From Spirochaetaceae bacterium (GTDB lineage: Bacteria > Spirochaetota > Spirochaetia > DSM-2461), in assembly GCA_051531975.1 (NCBI GenBank), contig JAOPTT010000004.1, positions 160,001 to 224,000 on the forward strand: DNA of 64,000 nucleotides, in the 5' to 3' direction. The position numbers were made by a program, and so were the translations under genes. How positions within the stretch are numbered: the stretch's first letter is position 1; every line of letters starts with the position of its first letter. Below the pieces are notes generated by a model, which did not search any database, was not told the DNA's origin, and saw only the letters and a list, made by a program, of their open reading frames with translations. Positions 29,738-39,606 of this stretch are shown one piece after another.

Positions 29738-30367
29738 TCAGTAAAATTCAACACGGTTTTTTCCATTCTTTTTGGCTTTTAACAGTGCTTTATCAGCTCT
29801 TAGTATTACAGTAATTTCATCATCATCTTCTAAAGAAAGTGTTACCCCCAAAGATGCAGTAACAGGACCAACAACATTTAATTTAAGTGTTTCTATAGCT
29901 ATCCTTAGTTTTTCTGCAAGAAGTAAAACGGTTTTTTTATCAGTTTGAGAGTATATTATTAGAAACTTATCTCCACGCCAACGACCTATTATATCAATTT
30001 TACGTGTATTGTGTTTAATTAGAACTGATAATTCTGTTAGAACATAGTCCCCTAATCGAGTTGTATTTTCACTATTTATATTCTTGATAGAGTCGACACC
30101 GATTAACACGACCCCCATAGGTTTATGAGATCTTTTTATTCTTGCAAGTTCATGCTGTAATTCCGAATCTAATTTGTGCCAATTGTATATATCTGTTAAC
30201 GGGTCAATAATTGCAAGTTTTTTTAGTTCTTCTGATTTATTATACACTTCTGTATTTAATAACTTTATTTCATTCTGTAAACCCTGCATTTTGTTATTAA
30301 TAGCAACAATAATTATTGTTAATACAATGATTATCACTACAGCTATAATTAGAATTATTATAGTCAA
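29738..30367 (-). CDS. Membrane-anchored GGDEF-domain protein with degenerate active site
   Basis: TM and coiled coil; DPLTDIYN; TASLGV; RADKALLKAKKNGKNRV; motif reads RWRGDKF. Confidence 0.85.
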   Translation of the reverse strand: MTIIILIIAVVIIIVLTIIIVAINNKMQGLQNEIKLLNTEVYNKSEELKKLAIIDPLTDIYNWHKLDSELQHELARIKRSHKPMGVVLIGVDSIKNINSENTTRLGDYVLTELSVLIKHNTRKIDIIGRWRGDKFLIIYSQTDKKTVLLLAEKLRIAIETLKLNVVGPVTASLGVTLSLEDDDEITVILRADKALLKAKKNGKNRVEFY

Positions 30368-30388
30368 TTAATTCTCCTTGATTTAAGT

Positions 30389-31894
30389 TTAGACATTCTC
30401 ATATCTAATTCTACCATATTCTTTATCAAGGGAGAACTTTACTCTGCTTAGCTTCTGTTCAACCTGATACCGCATATGGCAAATCTCTATTGTTGTTCCT
30501 GGAAATATTGTTCCATGAACGATTAATAAACTGGTGTCATTTTTGTCTAATCTAACCAACAAACTTCTAGAAAAATTATTTAAACTGTTTAATTTGTTTT
30601 TTAGTGATAGATATGCATATTTTATCTTATTTTTCTCTATTCTGCTATAATCTTTGTTCAAGAGTTTCTGTATTTTCTCTATCTCTTTATTAATTTCCTT
30701 AGTCGCTACTTGTACTTTGGCTAATTTTTCTTTTATTTGGAAGTCTATTCCCAAAATTATTTTAGTTTCAACTTCATGCTCATTGCCTATGTTTCCTGCG
30801 ATGATCCCGTTTTGAGAACATATTTCACCACCAACAATTGTTGCCTTTTTATCTAATAATATCCGGTCCGAGCTATAAATGAACGAGCTTAGAACCCCTC
30901 GTAATATGTTTATTGAACCAAAACTTTTAATGTATGCATGTTCTATATGAGCGGTTGTAACAATACCTTTACATTCAATTAAGTGATTTTTTGAACCTAT
31001 AATACCTTCCTCAACTGTTAGATTATGTCCACAACTTATATCTGCTGGTTCAATACAACCCTTAACAATTATGTCACCACCTGAAATAACAGAAAATCCT
31101 TCTCGAACTGTTTTTGTTATATTTATATCACCTTTATATTCAATATCTCCCGTGTGATAATCTACATCAGTTTCAACTGTTAATAGAGGGTCTATAGTTA
31201 TTATATTTCCTTTTATAATTTTGTATGTCCCATCAATTTCAGAGTATAGATGGTTGTTGTCTATGTATATATTTTCACCGATTTTTAAAATATTTATTGT
31301 TTTTTTAGGACAAGGAATCTCTATTTTCTCTAAGTTTAAACCTGGGTTCCCTTTTACTTCAGGAATCATCTCTCCTAAGAATTCCCCTTTTTGAATAATA
31401 ATAAAGGATTGTACACAGTGATAATTTACCTGCCCTGAATTTGTAAATGTTGGTTTAAATGTGGCAAAGAGACTCTCTTTTAAGATTATATGTCCAGGAA
31501 TTTTAAACTCAACTGGTCTACCAGACGCAATTTTTACTTCTGGAATAATTTCTCCGTCAAACATGATTCTATCATATGTATTTCTTATAATATCCCAGTC
31601 AACTACTGAATCTAAATAACTTCCCCATTGTAATATTTCATCTTTTATATTTTCTATGCTTATTTCAAAACTTGAGTTTACTGGAGCTTTTAACAACATA
31701 AAGAAACCCATTTTCATGGAGTCCATACGAAACTTTAAAGATCCTGGAGATTCTATTTCTTCTTCGAAACTGTGTTCTATTTCTGAATTATAGAATCCTT
31801 CGCTTTTTATTTCGTTGTCCAATTCTGAGTCTTCTAATAACTTGTTCGTCCGATCTAAATTTTCAGTAATTTGAATACTTTTTTTATCAGTCAT
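30389..31894 (-). CDS. FapA/DUF342 family protein
   Basis: DVDYHTGDIEYKGDI beta-helix repeats, IVGGEI, coiled coil, GTIFPGTTIEI. Confidence 0.85.
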   Translation of the reverse strand: MTDKKSIQITENLDRTNKLLEDSELDNEIKSEGFYNSEIEHSFEEEIESPGSLKFRMDSMKMGFFMLLKAPVNSSFEISIENIKDEILQWGSYLDSVVDWDIIRNTYDRIMFDGEIIPEVKIASGRPVEFKIPGHIILKESLFATFKPTFTNSGQVNYHCVQSFIIIQKGEFLGEMIPEVKGNPGLNLEKIEIPCPKKTINILKIGENIYIDNNHLYSEIDGTYKIIKGNIITIDPLLTVETDVDYHTGDIEYKGDINITKTVREGFSVISGGDIIVKGCIEPADISCGHNLTVEEGIIGSKNHLIECKGIVTTAHIEHAYIKSFGSINILRGVLSSFIYSSDRILLDKKATIVGGEICSQNGIIAGNIGNEHEVETKIILGIDFQIKEKLAKVQVATKEINKEIEKIQKLLNKDYSRIEKNKIKYAYLSLKNKLNSLNNFSRSLLVRLDKNDTSLLIVHGTIFPGTTIEICHMRYQVEQKLSRVKFSLDKEYGRIRYENV

Positions 31895-31958
31895 ACCTAG
31901 TGTAAAGTATTTTATATTTTGTTGTAGTTTGCAATAAAATTTTAACTTGAACTATTCT

Positions 31959-34079
31959 TTAAATAAGTAGTAGTTGTGCGGAAGCTAGAAGACATAATGG
32001 AACCCACTCTGTCTGTTTGTCTAAGATATCATTTAAAGTTGTGTAAATTGAGTTATTGTCCTTGCTGAATTTTATATTATACTGATCTTTAATTTTTTCA
32101 TAATCCCTTAATTGTAACGCTTCAATAATAATTCTGTTTTCTTGTCTCCATTTGGATGGCCTCTCTTCTGAAAACTGCATTAGAGCTAAATACCCACCTT
32201 GATCCTGTCCATGTTTTAAAATCCATTCATTGTTAATATTTAGGTGTGGGCAGATTAAATCCATTATTTCATACCTTATGTTATTATCTTTATATAATTG
32301 AAGAGAGTTAAAAACTAATGCTGCATTTGACTTCATATCTAATTTAATTAGTGCTCCACAAGCAGAGGAGGATAGGTGGAAAGTTGGTGTCATAGTTTTA
32401 ACAAGTTCTTTCAATATTGGAACTGCAATTGTAGCTCCAATTCTTCCTAGAGATCTAGCTGATACGGCCTTTAGTTTCTCGGATCTGTCTGATTGTAAAA
32501 AACTAATAATAATTTCTGTTGCTTCTTCCCATTGTAATTGCCCAAGTGCCCAAACAATATGTTCATGGTAAATTGACATATATGGATTTTGTAACATGGT
32601 AAAAAGCCTTTTTCCTGCTAATTCAGATCCAGAACGACCAAGTTCTCTAATCGCACTAACTTTAACATCATATGATGGGTCTTTTAATAGGGATATTAAT
32701 GAATTTATACTAAATGGATTACCTCTACGACCTAAAGAGTAGGACATCTGTTCTCTTCTGTTATCATCTAATTTATGTAGTCGTCCAACTTGGATCATAG
32801 TTCTAAATGATGTTGGATTTAGTGATGTAAAAAAATCTCCTAGTCCAAACCAAGGTCTAATATTTGGAATTTTTTGTACACTTACAAATAGTATTATTCT
32901 AGATACTACTGCTACAATTATCATAAAAACTTTAACACCATCTAAGATCACTAATGGGTTACTAAAACCTGATATTACCTGCCCATTTATAAATATCCAG
33001 ATAGCGTTAATTATTAATGTTATTGCACCATAAACACTAAATATAAATATAGATCTCTCTTTTGTTGTGTAGTAGTGCTGTATACTTGTCATGGCAATAC
33101 CAGATCCAGCTAAAACCATGCCATCTATAAAACTATATATCATTAAACCATAAATTTTATCTGGTTGAATTAAGAATAGAAATGGAATTTGTAATAGACC
33201 TAAAATATGTACACCGGTCAAAGTATTTTTGAAGCCTAAAGTATCACTTATATTTCCCCAGAAAAGTAGAGATACAGCGTTACCTAATGTACCAACAAAT
33301 ACTGCAGTTGTTACAATATTTGAAGGTAGATTTAGACCTTGTTTTAAGTAAAGAACAAATAGTGGGAAAAAAGTACACTGAACTAATATGATCATAAAAA
33401 GAGGTCTAGTTAGGGTTTTAAGCTCTTTAACTATTTCTGTTAAAGATAGCTTCTTTTTACTGTTTTTAACATATGGAATCTCTGGTACTTTGTGAACCAT
33501 TATTACCATATTAATCTGAGCTAATAGTGGGAAAAACAGAAAAATCTTATATTCAACTGATGAGATTGATTCACCAATTATTAGAGGTATAATACCGGTA
33601 ACCACTAGACTTATAAGGGTGAATACAAGACGCATTCTAGAAAAAAATCTTCCTCTATCTTGATTTGTTGTAATATCTCTTAGAAGTGGTTGCCATGCGG
33701 TACCTAATCCTAACTGATTCAGTAGTGAAAAAGAAATTAATAGGCTTAAATATAGTGTATATGATAAATCTTTAGGTGGTATTAATATCATTCCAATAAC
33801 AATTATGGCTTTAAATATTGCTGAAGACTGTATTAATCTAACTTTTCCAATACTTGATAGCACTTTTAAAAGGAAAAATCTAAGTAGTCCTACTAATGGA
33901 ATTATTGACATTATACCTGAGATTTTTGATGTCGAGAGGTGTAATACATCTCCGGCATATATAATCATTAAGGCTCCAGTAATCACATAAGTTCCGATTG
34001 GTGTAACAGTATTTGCTAGTAGGGCATATTTTTGGCCTATTTTTCTTTGTGGTCTGTTTAATTCGTTATCTGAAATCAT
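31959..34079 (-). CDS. MFS transporter fused to C-terminal HEAT (PBS-lyase-like) repeats
   Basis: About 12 hydrophobic segments with RGRFFS and WGNISDTLG loops, then LKDPSYDVKVSAIRELG, VWALGQL and SARSLGRIG repeats. Confidence 0.8.
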   Translation of the reverse strand: MISDNELNRPQRKIGQKYALLANTVTPIGTYVITGALMIIYAGDVLHLSTSKISGIMSIIPLVGLLRFFLLKVLSSIGKVRLIQSSAIFKAIIVIGMILIPPKDLSYTLYLSLLISFSLLNQLGLGTAWQPLLRDITTNQDRGRFFSRMRLVFTLISLVVTGIIPLIIGESISSVEYKIFLFFPLLAQINMVIMVHKVPEIPYVKNSKKKLSLTEIVKELKTLTRPLFMIILVQCTFFPLFVLYLKQGLNLPSNIVTTAVFVGTLGNAVSLLFWGNISDTLGFKNTLTGVHILGLLQIPFLFLIQPDKIYGLMIYSFIDGMVLAGSGIAMTSIQHYYTTKERSIFIFSVYGAITLIINAIWIFINGQVISGFSNPLVILDGVKVFMIIVAVVSRIILFVSVQKIPNIRPWFGLGDFFTSLNPTSFRTMIQVGRLHKLDDNRREQMSYSLGRRGNPFSINSLISLLKDPSYDVKVSAIRELGRSGSELAGKRLFTMLQNPYMSIYHEHIVWALGQLQWEEATEIIISFLQSDRSEKLKAVSARSLGRIGATIAVPILKELVKTMTPTFHLSSSACGALIKLDMKSNAALVFNSLQLYKDNNIRYEIMDLICPHLNINNEWILKHGQDQGGYLALMQFSEERPSKWRQENRIIIEALQLRDYEKIKDQYNIKFSKDNNSIYTTLNDILDKQTEWVPLCLLASAQLLLI

Positions 34080-34218
34080 TATTTATCCTATATTATTTAG
34101 GATATCATAACTCCTGTTAAGCTTCCATATAGACACCTTTCATTCCTGATACTGCTAAACTTTTATATATACTTAAGGTATCAAAGACTTTTGTTGTTAT
34201 CAATTATTAAGCCAAGCC

Positions 34219-34247
34219 TTGAATGGCATTTAAAACATGGTTAGTAT
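34219..34247 (+). promoter_or_regulatory. Sigma70 promoter, leaderless-type, for the radical SAM pair
   Basis: TTGAAT-N17-TAGTAT ending 6 nt before ATG 34254; no SD. Confidence 0.55.
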
Positions 34248-34253
34248 GTAATT

Positions 34254-35486
34254 ATGAATATTAAAAGACCTTTCCATTTAATGACAAAACCAATTGGACC
34301 TATATGTAACTTAGATTGTGAATATTGTTTCTACCTAAAAAAAGATAAACTTTTTAACCATACAACTAAAAAAGAGTTTGAGATGGGGTTAGACTTATTA
34401 GAAAGTTATACCAAAAATTATATAGACTCACAGCCAGAAAATCTTAATGAGATTACATTTGCTTGGCAGGGTGGGGAACCAACACTTTTAAGTTTAGACT
34501 TTTATAAAGAAGCTATAAAATTTCAAACTAAACATAAAAGACCAGGGATGGAAGTTAATAATGCTCTGCAAACAAATGGAACATTAATAACAGATGAGAT
34601 GGCAATCTTTTTTAAGGAGAACAACTTCCTTATTGGTGTTAGTATTGATGGCCCAGAAGATATTCATAATAAATACCGAAAAGATAGGGCTGGTAATGGT
34701 TCATTTAAAAATGTAATAAAAGGTGTAGAACTATTAAAAAAATATAAGGTAGATTTTAATACTTTAACAGTAGTTCAGGACCACAATAGCCAATACCCAT
34801 CAGAGGTTTATAATTTCTTGAAAGCTTTAGGCTCCACATTTTTGCAGTTTATACCAATTGTAGAACCAGATTCTAAGAACTTGGTTTCTAGTAGAACTGT
34901 ACCACCAGAGAGTTTAGGTAATTTTATGTCAGAAATATTTAAGTTATGGGCTAAAGAGGATGTTGGAAAGATCTATATTGGGCACTTTGATATGCTTTTA
35001 GGTCGGTATATGGGTTACCCTGCCTCATTTTGTGTTCACTCTAAAACCTGTGGAACAGCTTTAGCTATGGAACATAATGGTAATGTTTATAGTTGTGATC
35101 ATTTTGTTGACCCAGAACATGAATTAGGTAATATAAAAAATACAACTATGGTTGATATGGTTAATGGCGAAAAACAGATAACTTTTGGTGATGATAAATT
35201 TGATAAACTACCAACAAAGTGTTTAGAATGTAACTATTTGACTCTATGTTATGGAGCATGCCCAAAAAATAGATTAAAAGATGACTTAAATTACCTTTGC
35301 CAGGGTTATTATAACTTTTATAGCTTTACAGAGCCCTATTTTGTGGCAATGGCAAATGCTCTGAAACAGGGAAAAGAAGCAAAAGAGTTTAGAACATATT
35401 TAAGGTTTAAAGTTAATCCAGATCCAAAAAGAAATGATCCTTGTCCATGTTTAAGTGGCCAAAAATTTAAAAACTGCTGCGGGTAA
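34254..35486 (+). CDS. Anaerobic sulfatase maturase (radical SAM/SPASM) with C-terminal SEC-C motif
   Basis: CNLDCEYCFY, WQGGEPTL, YSCDHFV, CLECNYLTLCYGACPKNR, RNDPCPCLSGQKFKNCCG. Confidence 0.92.
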   Translation: MNIKRPFHLMTKPIGPICNLDCEYCFYLKKDKLFNHTTKKEFEMGLDLLESYTKNYIDSQPENLNEITFAWQGGEPTLLSLDFYKEAIKFQTKHKRPGMEVNNALQTNGTLITDEMAIFFKENNFLIGVSIDGPEDIHNKYRKDRAGNGSFKNVIKGVELLKKYKVDFNTLTVVQDHNSQYPSEVYNFLKALGSTFLQFIPIVEPDSKNLVSSRTVPPESLGNFMSEIFKLWAKEDVGKIYIGHFDMLLGRYMGYPASFCVHSKTCGTALAMEHNGNVYSCDHFVDPEHELGNIKNTTMVDMVNGEKQITFGDDKFDKLPTKCLECNYLTLCYGACPKNRLKDDLNYLCQGYYNFYSFTEPYFVAMANALKQGKEAKEFRTYLRFKVNPDPKRNDPCPCLSGQKFKNCCG

Positions 35487-35495
35487 ACTTTAATA

Positions 35496-36884
35496 ATGAA
35501 AGCTGTAGTTGTAACACCATCTATTTTTGACTTCTACTTCACTCCAGGTAGGGCGACAGCTTTAGGTGCAATAGCTGTACAAAAGCAGCTGTTAAAGTAT
35601 GGTATTAATGCCCCGATATATAATTTGCCTCTACTAAATGCCCGTGGAAAATCTATACCACTACCAGATCACCTAAACTATCTTAAACCCTATATTATTC
35701 CTGGAGAAAAAGGGCCAATAAGTTTTTTTAAGAACTATAAAAGGTTTGGCCCAACAGTAGAAGATTCAGCAAAGCTTATATTAGAAACAAACCCTGATAT
35801 TGTTTATATTTCTCTTTTTGCATGGGTTTATGCTTCCAATACTATAGATTTGGCTAGGCAGATAAAATTAGAAAACAGTTCGGTAAAACTAGTTATTGGT
35901 GGTGCAGGAGTAGCTGTATTACCTGAATATTTTAACAATTCCAATCTTTTTGATTATGTAGTTAGAACCGAGGCCGGGCAAGGACTTCCTCCATTTGTAG
36001 ATCTATCAGATGTAAGAGAGATAAATAGAGAGAATCCAGAACCTATCATTAGTTTTAATACAGATAAAAAAGGTAAGCAGTGGTTATCCATAGCACTATC
36101 AAGAGGCTGCCCATTAAAATGTCAGTTCTGCTCTAACCATCTGACCCAAGGCAGAAAGTTTCGTTGTACTCCAGTTATTGAACTGTTAGAAGAGTTAAAA
36201 AAAATAACCTTTTCAAGTTCAGAACCTATACATATGAATATAGAGGATGATAATTTATTAATTAATAAAGATTATTTTTCCTCAGTTTTAAAAACTATTA
36301 AACTACAAATACCACATGTAACTTTTAGTATCGATAATGGTCTAGATTATACATATCTAAACACAGAATATGTTAACTTTTTAATCGATATAGGTTTTAC
36401 ATCATTTACATTATCTCTAGGTTCTGCAGATTTAGAAACTCTTAAACAGCAAAAAAGACCGGCAAACTTAGAAAAATTAGAGCTGATAATAGATTTCATA
36501 ATAAAAAGGAAAATAAAAGTCTCTACTTTCTTAATATGTGGGTTACCTGAAGATACCCCAGAATCAATTTTAGTTAGTTTAAGGTATATTCATAAACTAC
36601 CAACTTTAACAAATATATCCATGTTTTATGTTGTCCCAGGGCTGCCAAAATTCCAAGACAAACAGTATTTTTTAGACTTACACCCTAGTCTCTGTTGTGG
36701 TTCAGTTGCCTACCCCCATGCAGGATCTTTAACAACAAAGCAGATGGTAACTGTATTTCGACTAGCTAGACTTTCAAACTACATAAAAACAGAACCTAAG
36801 ATAGACCTAGATCTTTTAGGCCTATTTAAAGATATTAAAAATTTGGATGAGGATCTTATTAAAGGGTTTATTACCTCGATATAA
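35496..36884 (+). CDS. B12-binding-domain-type radical SAM protein
   Basis: PDIVYIS...LVIGG N-terminal domain; SRGCPLKCQFC; IEDDNL; GLPEDT. Confidence 0.85.
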   Translation: MKAVVVTPSIFDFYFTPGRATALGAIAVQKQLLKYGINAPIYNLPLLNARGKSIPLPDHLNYLKPYIIPGEKGPISFFKNYKRFGPTVEDSAKLILETNPDIVYISLFAWVYASNTIDLARQIKLENSSVKLVIGGAGVAVLPEYFNNSNLFDYVVRTEAGQGLPPFVDLSDVREINRENPEPIISFNTDKKGKQWLSIALSRGCPLKCQFCSNHLTQGRKFRCTPVIELLEELKKITFSSSEPIHMNIEDDNLLINKDYFSSVLKTIKLQIPHVTFSIDNGLDYTYLNTEYVNFLIDIGFTSFTLSLGSADLETLKQQKRPANLEKLELIIDFIIKRKIKVSTFLICGLPEDTPESILVSLRYIHKLPTLTNISMFYVVPGLPKFQDKQYFLDLHPSLCCGSVAYPHAGSLTTKQMVTVFRLARLSNYIKTEPKIDLDLLGLFKDIKNLDEDLIKGFITSI

Positions 36885-36975
36885 TTGAAGAAGCATAAAT
36901 CTGTTTGATATATTTAAAAGTCGACTACTTTAGTGGGAAATAGCTAGTTATATCATGATATTATTCAGTATTTCA

Positions 36976-37004
36976 TTGATCTTATATATATATGCCCTTA
37001 TATT
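36976..37004 (+). promoter_or_regulatory. Sigma70 promoter, leaderless-type, for the acyl-ligase fusion
   Basis: TTGATC-N17-TATATT ending 6 nt before ATG 37011; no SD. Confidence 0.55.
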
Positions 37005-37010
37005 AAAGAC

Positions 37011-39542
37011 ATGATAGATTCAGAAAAATATGCAAAATTACAATCACTTTACGAGTTTTATAAAAATACACTAAACCAGTATAAAGACAATACTTTTGAT
37101 GGCGACGATTTAACATATGCAAAAACCTTTGAAATAATAAAAGAGAGGGCAGGATATTTACAACAAGCTGGTTATAGAAAAGGTGATGTTGTTGGTATTT
37201 TATCACTTAATTCCCCTGAGTGGTTAATAAGTTACATGGCACTAACTTCTATTGGTATTATAGCCCTACCATTAGATACAAACTTAAACCTAGAAAGTTA
37301 CCAAACAATGTTAGAACAGGTAGATGCTAAAGGTCTGTTTGTATCAGAAGATTTTAAACTAGATTTTACTAATGTTGAAGTATTAGATATTTCAATGTCA
37401 GAATGCAGAACTAAAGATATATTCAAAGAAGTAGACATAATAGAGAGTGATATTGCTACATTTTTATATACATCAGGAACTACAGGTAAACCTAAAATTG
37501 TACAGTTAACCCATGGGAATATGTACAAAGGTTCTATTGGTGGAAACGAATTCGTAAAGGTTAAAGAGAACTCTCTAGTTCTTTGTATGTTACCTTTTTA
37601 TCATATATTTGGACTTCACTCTACTTTCTTAGCTTGTTTTGGGGTTGGTAGTGGTTATGTTTGTCAGCCATCATTAACTGCCCCTGCAATACTCCAGAGT
37701 TTAAAAGATTACGATATAACTGTCTTTCCAGCTGTTCCTCAACTATGGGAAATGATGTTAGATGGCATACTAAATAAAGTTAAAACTGCTTCTAAATTAA
37801 AGTACTCAATATTTATGTTTAATTTAAAACATGCCCATATTCTAAAAATGTTAGGTTTAGGTTTTATTCCTAGAGCTATCTTTAAACCTGTTCATAAGGT
37901 TTTTGGAGAAAAAATTGATTTTCTAATTACTGGTGGTGCACCATTTAAAAAAGAGTATTACCACTACTATTACAATATGGGTTTTAAAGTTATGGAAGGT
38001 TATGGTTTAACCGAAACTACTTCCGCTATCTGTGCTTCTAATAGGGACAAGTATAAACCAGGCCAGTCAGGTCCTGCTCTACCTGGGAACGAAATGAAGT
38101 TAAAAGATGTTAACGATTTAGGAATTGGTGAAATATGGTTTAGAGGTCATAATGTTTTTCCTGGTTATTATAAAAACCCAGAAGCAACTGCTGAAGTATT
38201 TGATAAAGAGGGTTGGTTTAACTCTGGAGACTTAGGTTTTATAGATAAGTATGGGGAAGTACATGTTACTGGACGGGAGAAGAACTTAATTGTTTTAGAC
38301 TCAGGAAAAAATGTTTACCCAGAGGAATTAGAATCTTACTACTCTAATTCACCATTAGTTGGGGATATTGCTGTCTTTGGGCAATTAGAAGGTGGCAGAG
38401 AGATAGCCTACGCTGTAATTGTTCCAAAAAAGTTAACAACTACTTATAGTGAGATAAAAGCAGACATAAACAGATTAAACAAAGGACTTCCATCGTATAA
38501 AAAAATATCAGATTTTGCTATTACAACAGAGGTTCTACCTAAAACTACAAAACGAACAAACATAAACAGTAAAATTATCAAAAATCTACAAGCTGGACTT
38601 TATAATTGTGGTGAAACCGAAGCTGGTGTTCAAAAGGAGTTATTATCTGTAGAGACTAGGAAATCTGAAATAATTGTAGTTTTAAAAGATGAACTAAAAC
38701 GAAAACAAATTTATAACACTCAGATTCTTTCAGATTTTAACATCGATTCTTTAGGTATAATGAACCTAATTGTACAGTTAGAAGTTAAGTTAGAAATTAA
38801 AATAGAAGAGAAGGATTTTACTGGTACAAACAACCTAGAAGAACTTGTTAACTACTTAAGCAGTTGCCCAAAAGGTGAGGGGAGAACTACATTTGATGAG
38901 CTTATTCATGGTAACATAACAACTAAGTCAATATCATTTTTTAACCCACTATTTGAACTTCTATTAATAATCTTTAGATTTATATCCAAAGTGTTTTGGC
39001 GTGCTAAAGTATATAAAAAAGAGAAATTAGATTTTAATAATAGTATTGTTGCTGTAAACCATCAGTCAATTATGGATATTTTAATTCTATTAAGTTCCTT
39101 ATCGTATAAAGTGAGAAAAGATATGTTTATCACTGCTAAAAAAGAGCTTAAATTCCTTAAATATATATTCCCTGGAATCTCTTATATTTTTGTTGATAGA
39201 AAAAACAGTACCATACCGGCATTAAAAGCTGGTGCAGATATATTAAGACAGGGTAAAACACTTGTTATATTCCCTGAGGGAACTAGAACAAAAGATGGTA
39301 GACTAAGCGAGTTTAAAACTGGAGCTGTATTTTTAGCTAAGGAACTTAAAAAGAGTATTATTCCTATGACTATTAATGGGGCATATAAAGTATTTCCAAC
39401 TAATACATTTTTCCCTAAATTTTTTACTAAACATAGAGTATCCTTAACTATACTTAAACGATTAAATCCTGAAAATTATTTAAACTCAGATATTATGAAT
39501 AAGGCTCTGTTTAAAGCAATTAAAGGTGGGTTGGCTAAATAA
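37011..39542 (+). CDS. Long-chain acyl-AMP/CoA ligase + acyl carrier domain + lysophospholipid acyltransferase fusion
   Basis: YTSGTTGKPK, GYGLTET, SGDLG, GREKN; carrier motif IDSL; PlsC motifs NHQSIMD and FPEGTRT. Confidence 0.9.
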   Translation: MIDSEKYAKLQSLYEFYKNTLNQYKDNTFDGDDLTYAKTFEIIKERAGYLQQAGYRKGDVVGILSLNSPEWLISYMALTSIGIIALPLDTNLNLESYQTMLEQVDAKGLFVSEDFKLDFTNVEVLDISMSECRTKDIFKEVDIIESDIATFLYTSGTTGKPKIVQLTHGNMYKGSIGGNEFVKVKENSLVLCMLPFYHIFGLHSTFLACFGVGSGYVCQPSLTAPAILQSLKDYDITVFPAVPQLWEMMLDGILNKVKTASKLKYSIFMFNLKHAHILKMLGLGFIPRAIFKPVHKVFGEKIDFLITGGAPFKKEYYHYYYNMGFKVMEGYGLTETTSAICASNRDKYKPGQSGPALPGNEMKLKDVNDLGIGEIWFRGHNVFPGYYKNPEATAEVFDKEGWFNSGDLGFIDKYGEVHVTGREKNLIVLDSGKNVYPEELESYYSNSPLVGDIAVFGQLEGGREIAYAVIVPKKLTTTYSEIKADINRLNKGLPSYKKISDFAITTEVLPKTTKRTNINSKIIKNLQAGLYNCGETEAGVQKELLSVETRKSEIIVVLKDELKRKQIYNTQILSDFNIDSLGIMNLIVQLEVKLEIKIEEKDFTGTNNLEELVNYLSSCPKGEGRTTFDELIHGNITTKSISFFNPLFELLLIIFRFISKVFWRAKVYKKEKLDFNNSIVAVNHQSIMDILILLSSLSYKVRKDMFITAKKELKFLKYIFPGISYIFVDRKNSTIPALKAGADILRQGKTLVIFPEGTRTKDGRLSEFKTGAVFLAKELKKSIIPMTINGAYKVFPTNTFFPKFFTKHRVSLTILKRLNPENYLNSDIMNKALFKAIKGGLAK

Positions 39543-39562
39543 CTTAACAACACTTTTTTAAC

Positions 39563-39591
39563 TTGAAATCTGTACTCCCTCAAACGATAAT
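39563..39591 (+). promoter_or_regulatory. Putative sigma70 promoter of the AmmeMemoRadiSam operon
   Basis: TTGAAA-N17-GATAAT, then a GAGGG SD before ATG 39607. Confidence 0.45.
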
Positions 39592-39606
39592 TTATTAGAG
39601 GGCAAT

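Noticed and set aside
34097..34115. Mini upstream ORF ATG-ATA-TCC-TAA (M-I-S) preceded by AGGAG on the minus strand, mirroring the first residues of the MFS-HEAT protein
   Set aside because: The SD-to-ATG spacing is only 2 nt, too short for normal initiation; probably coincidence.
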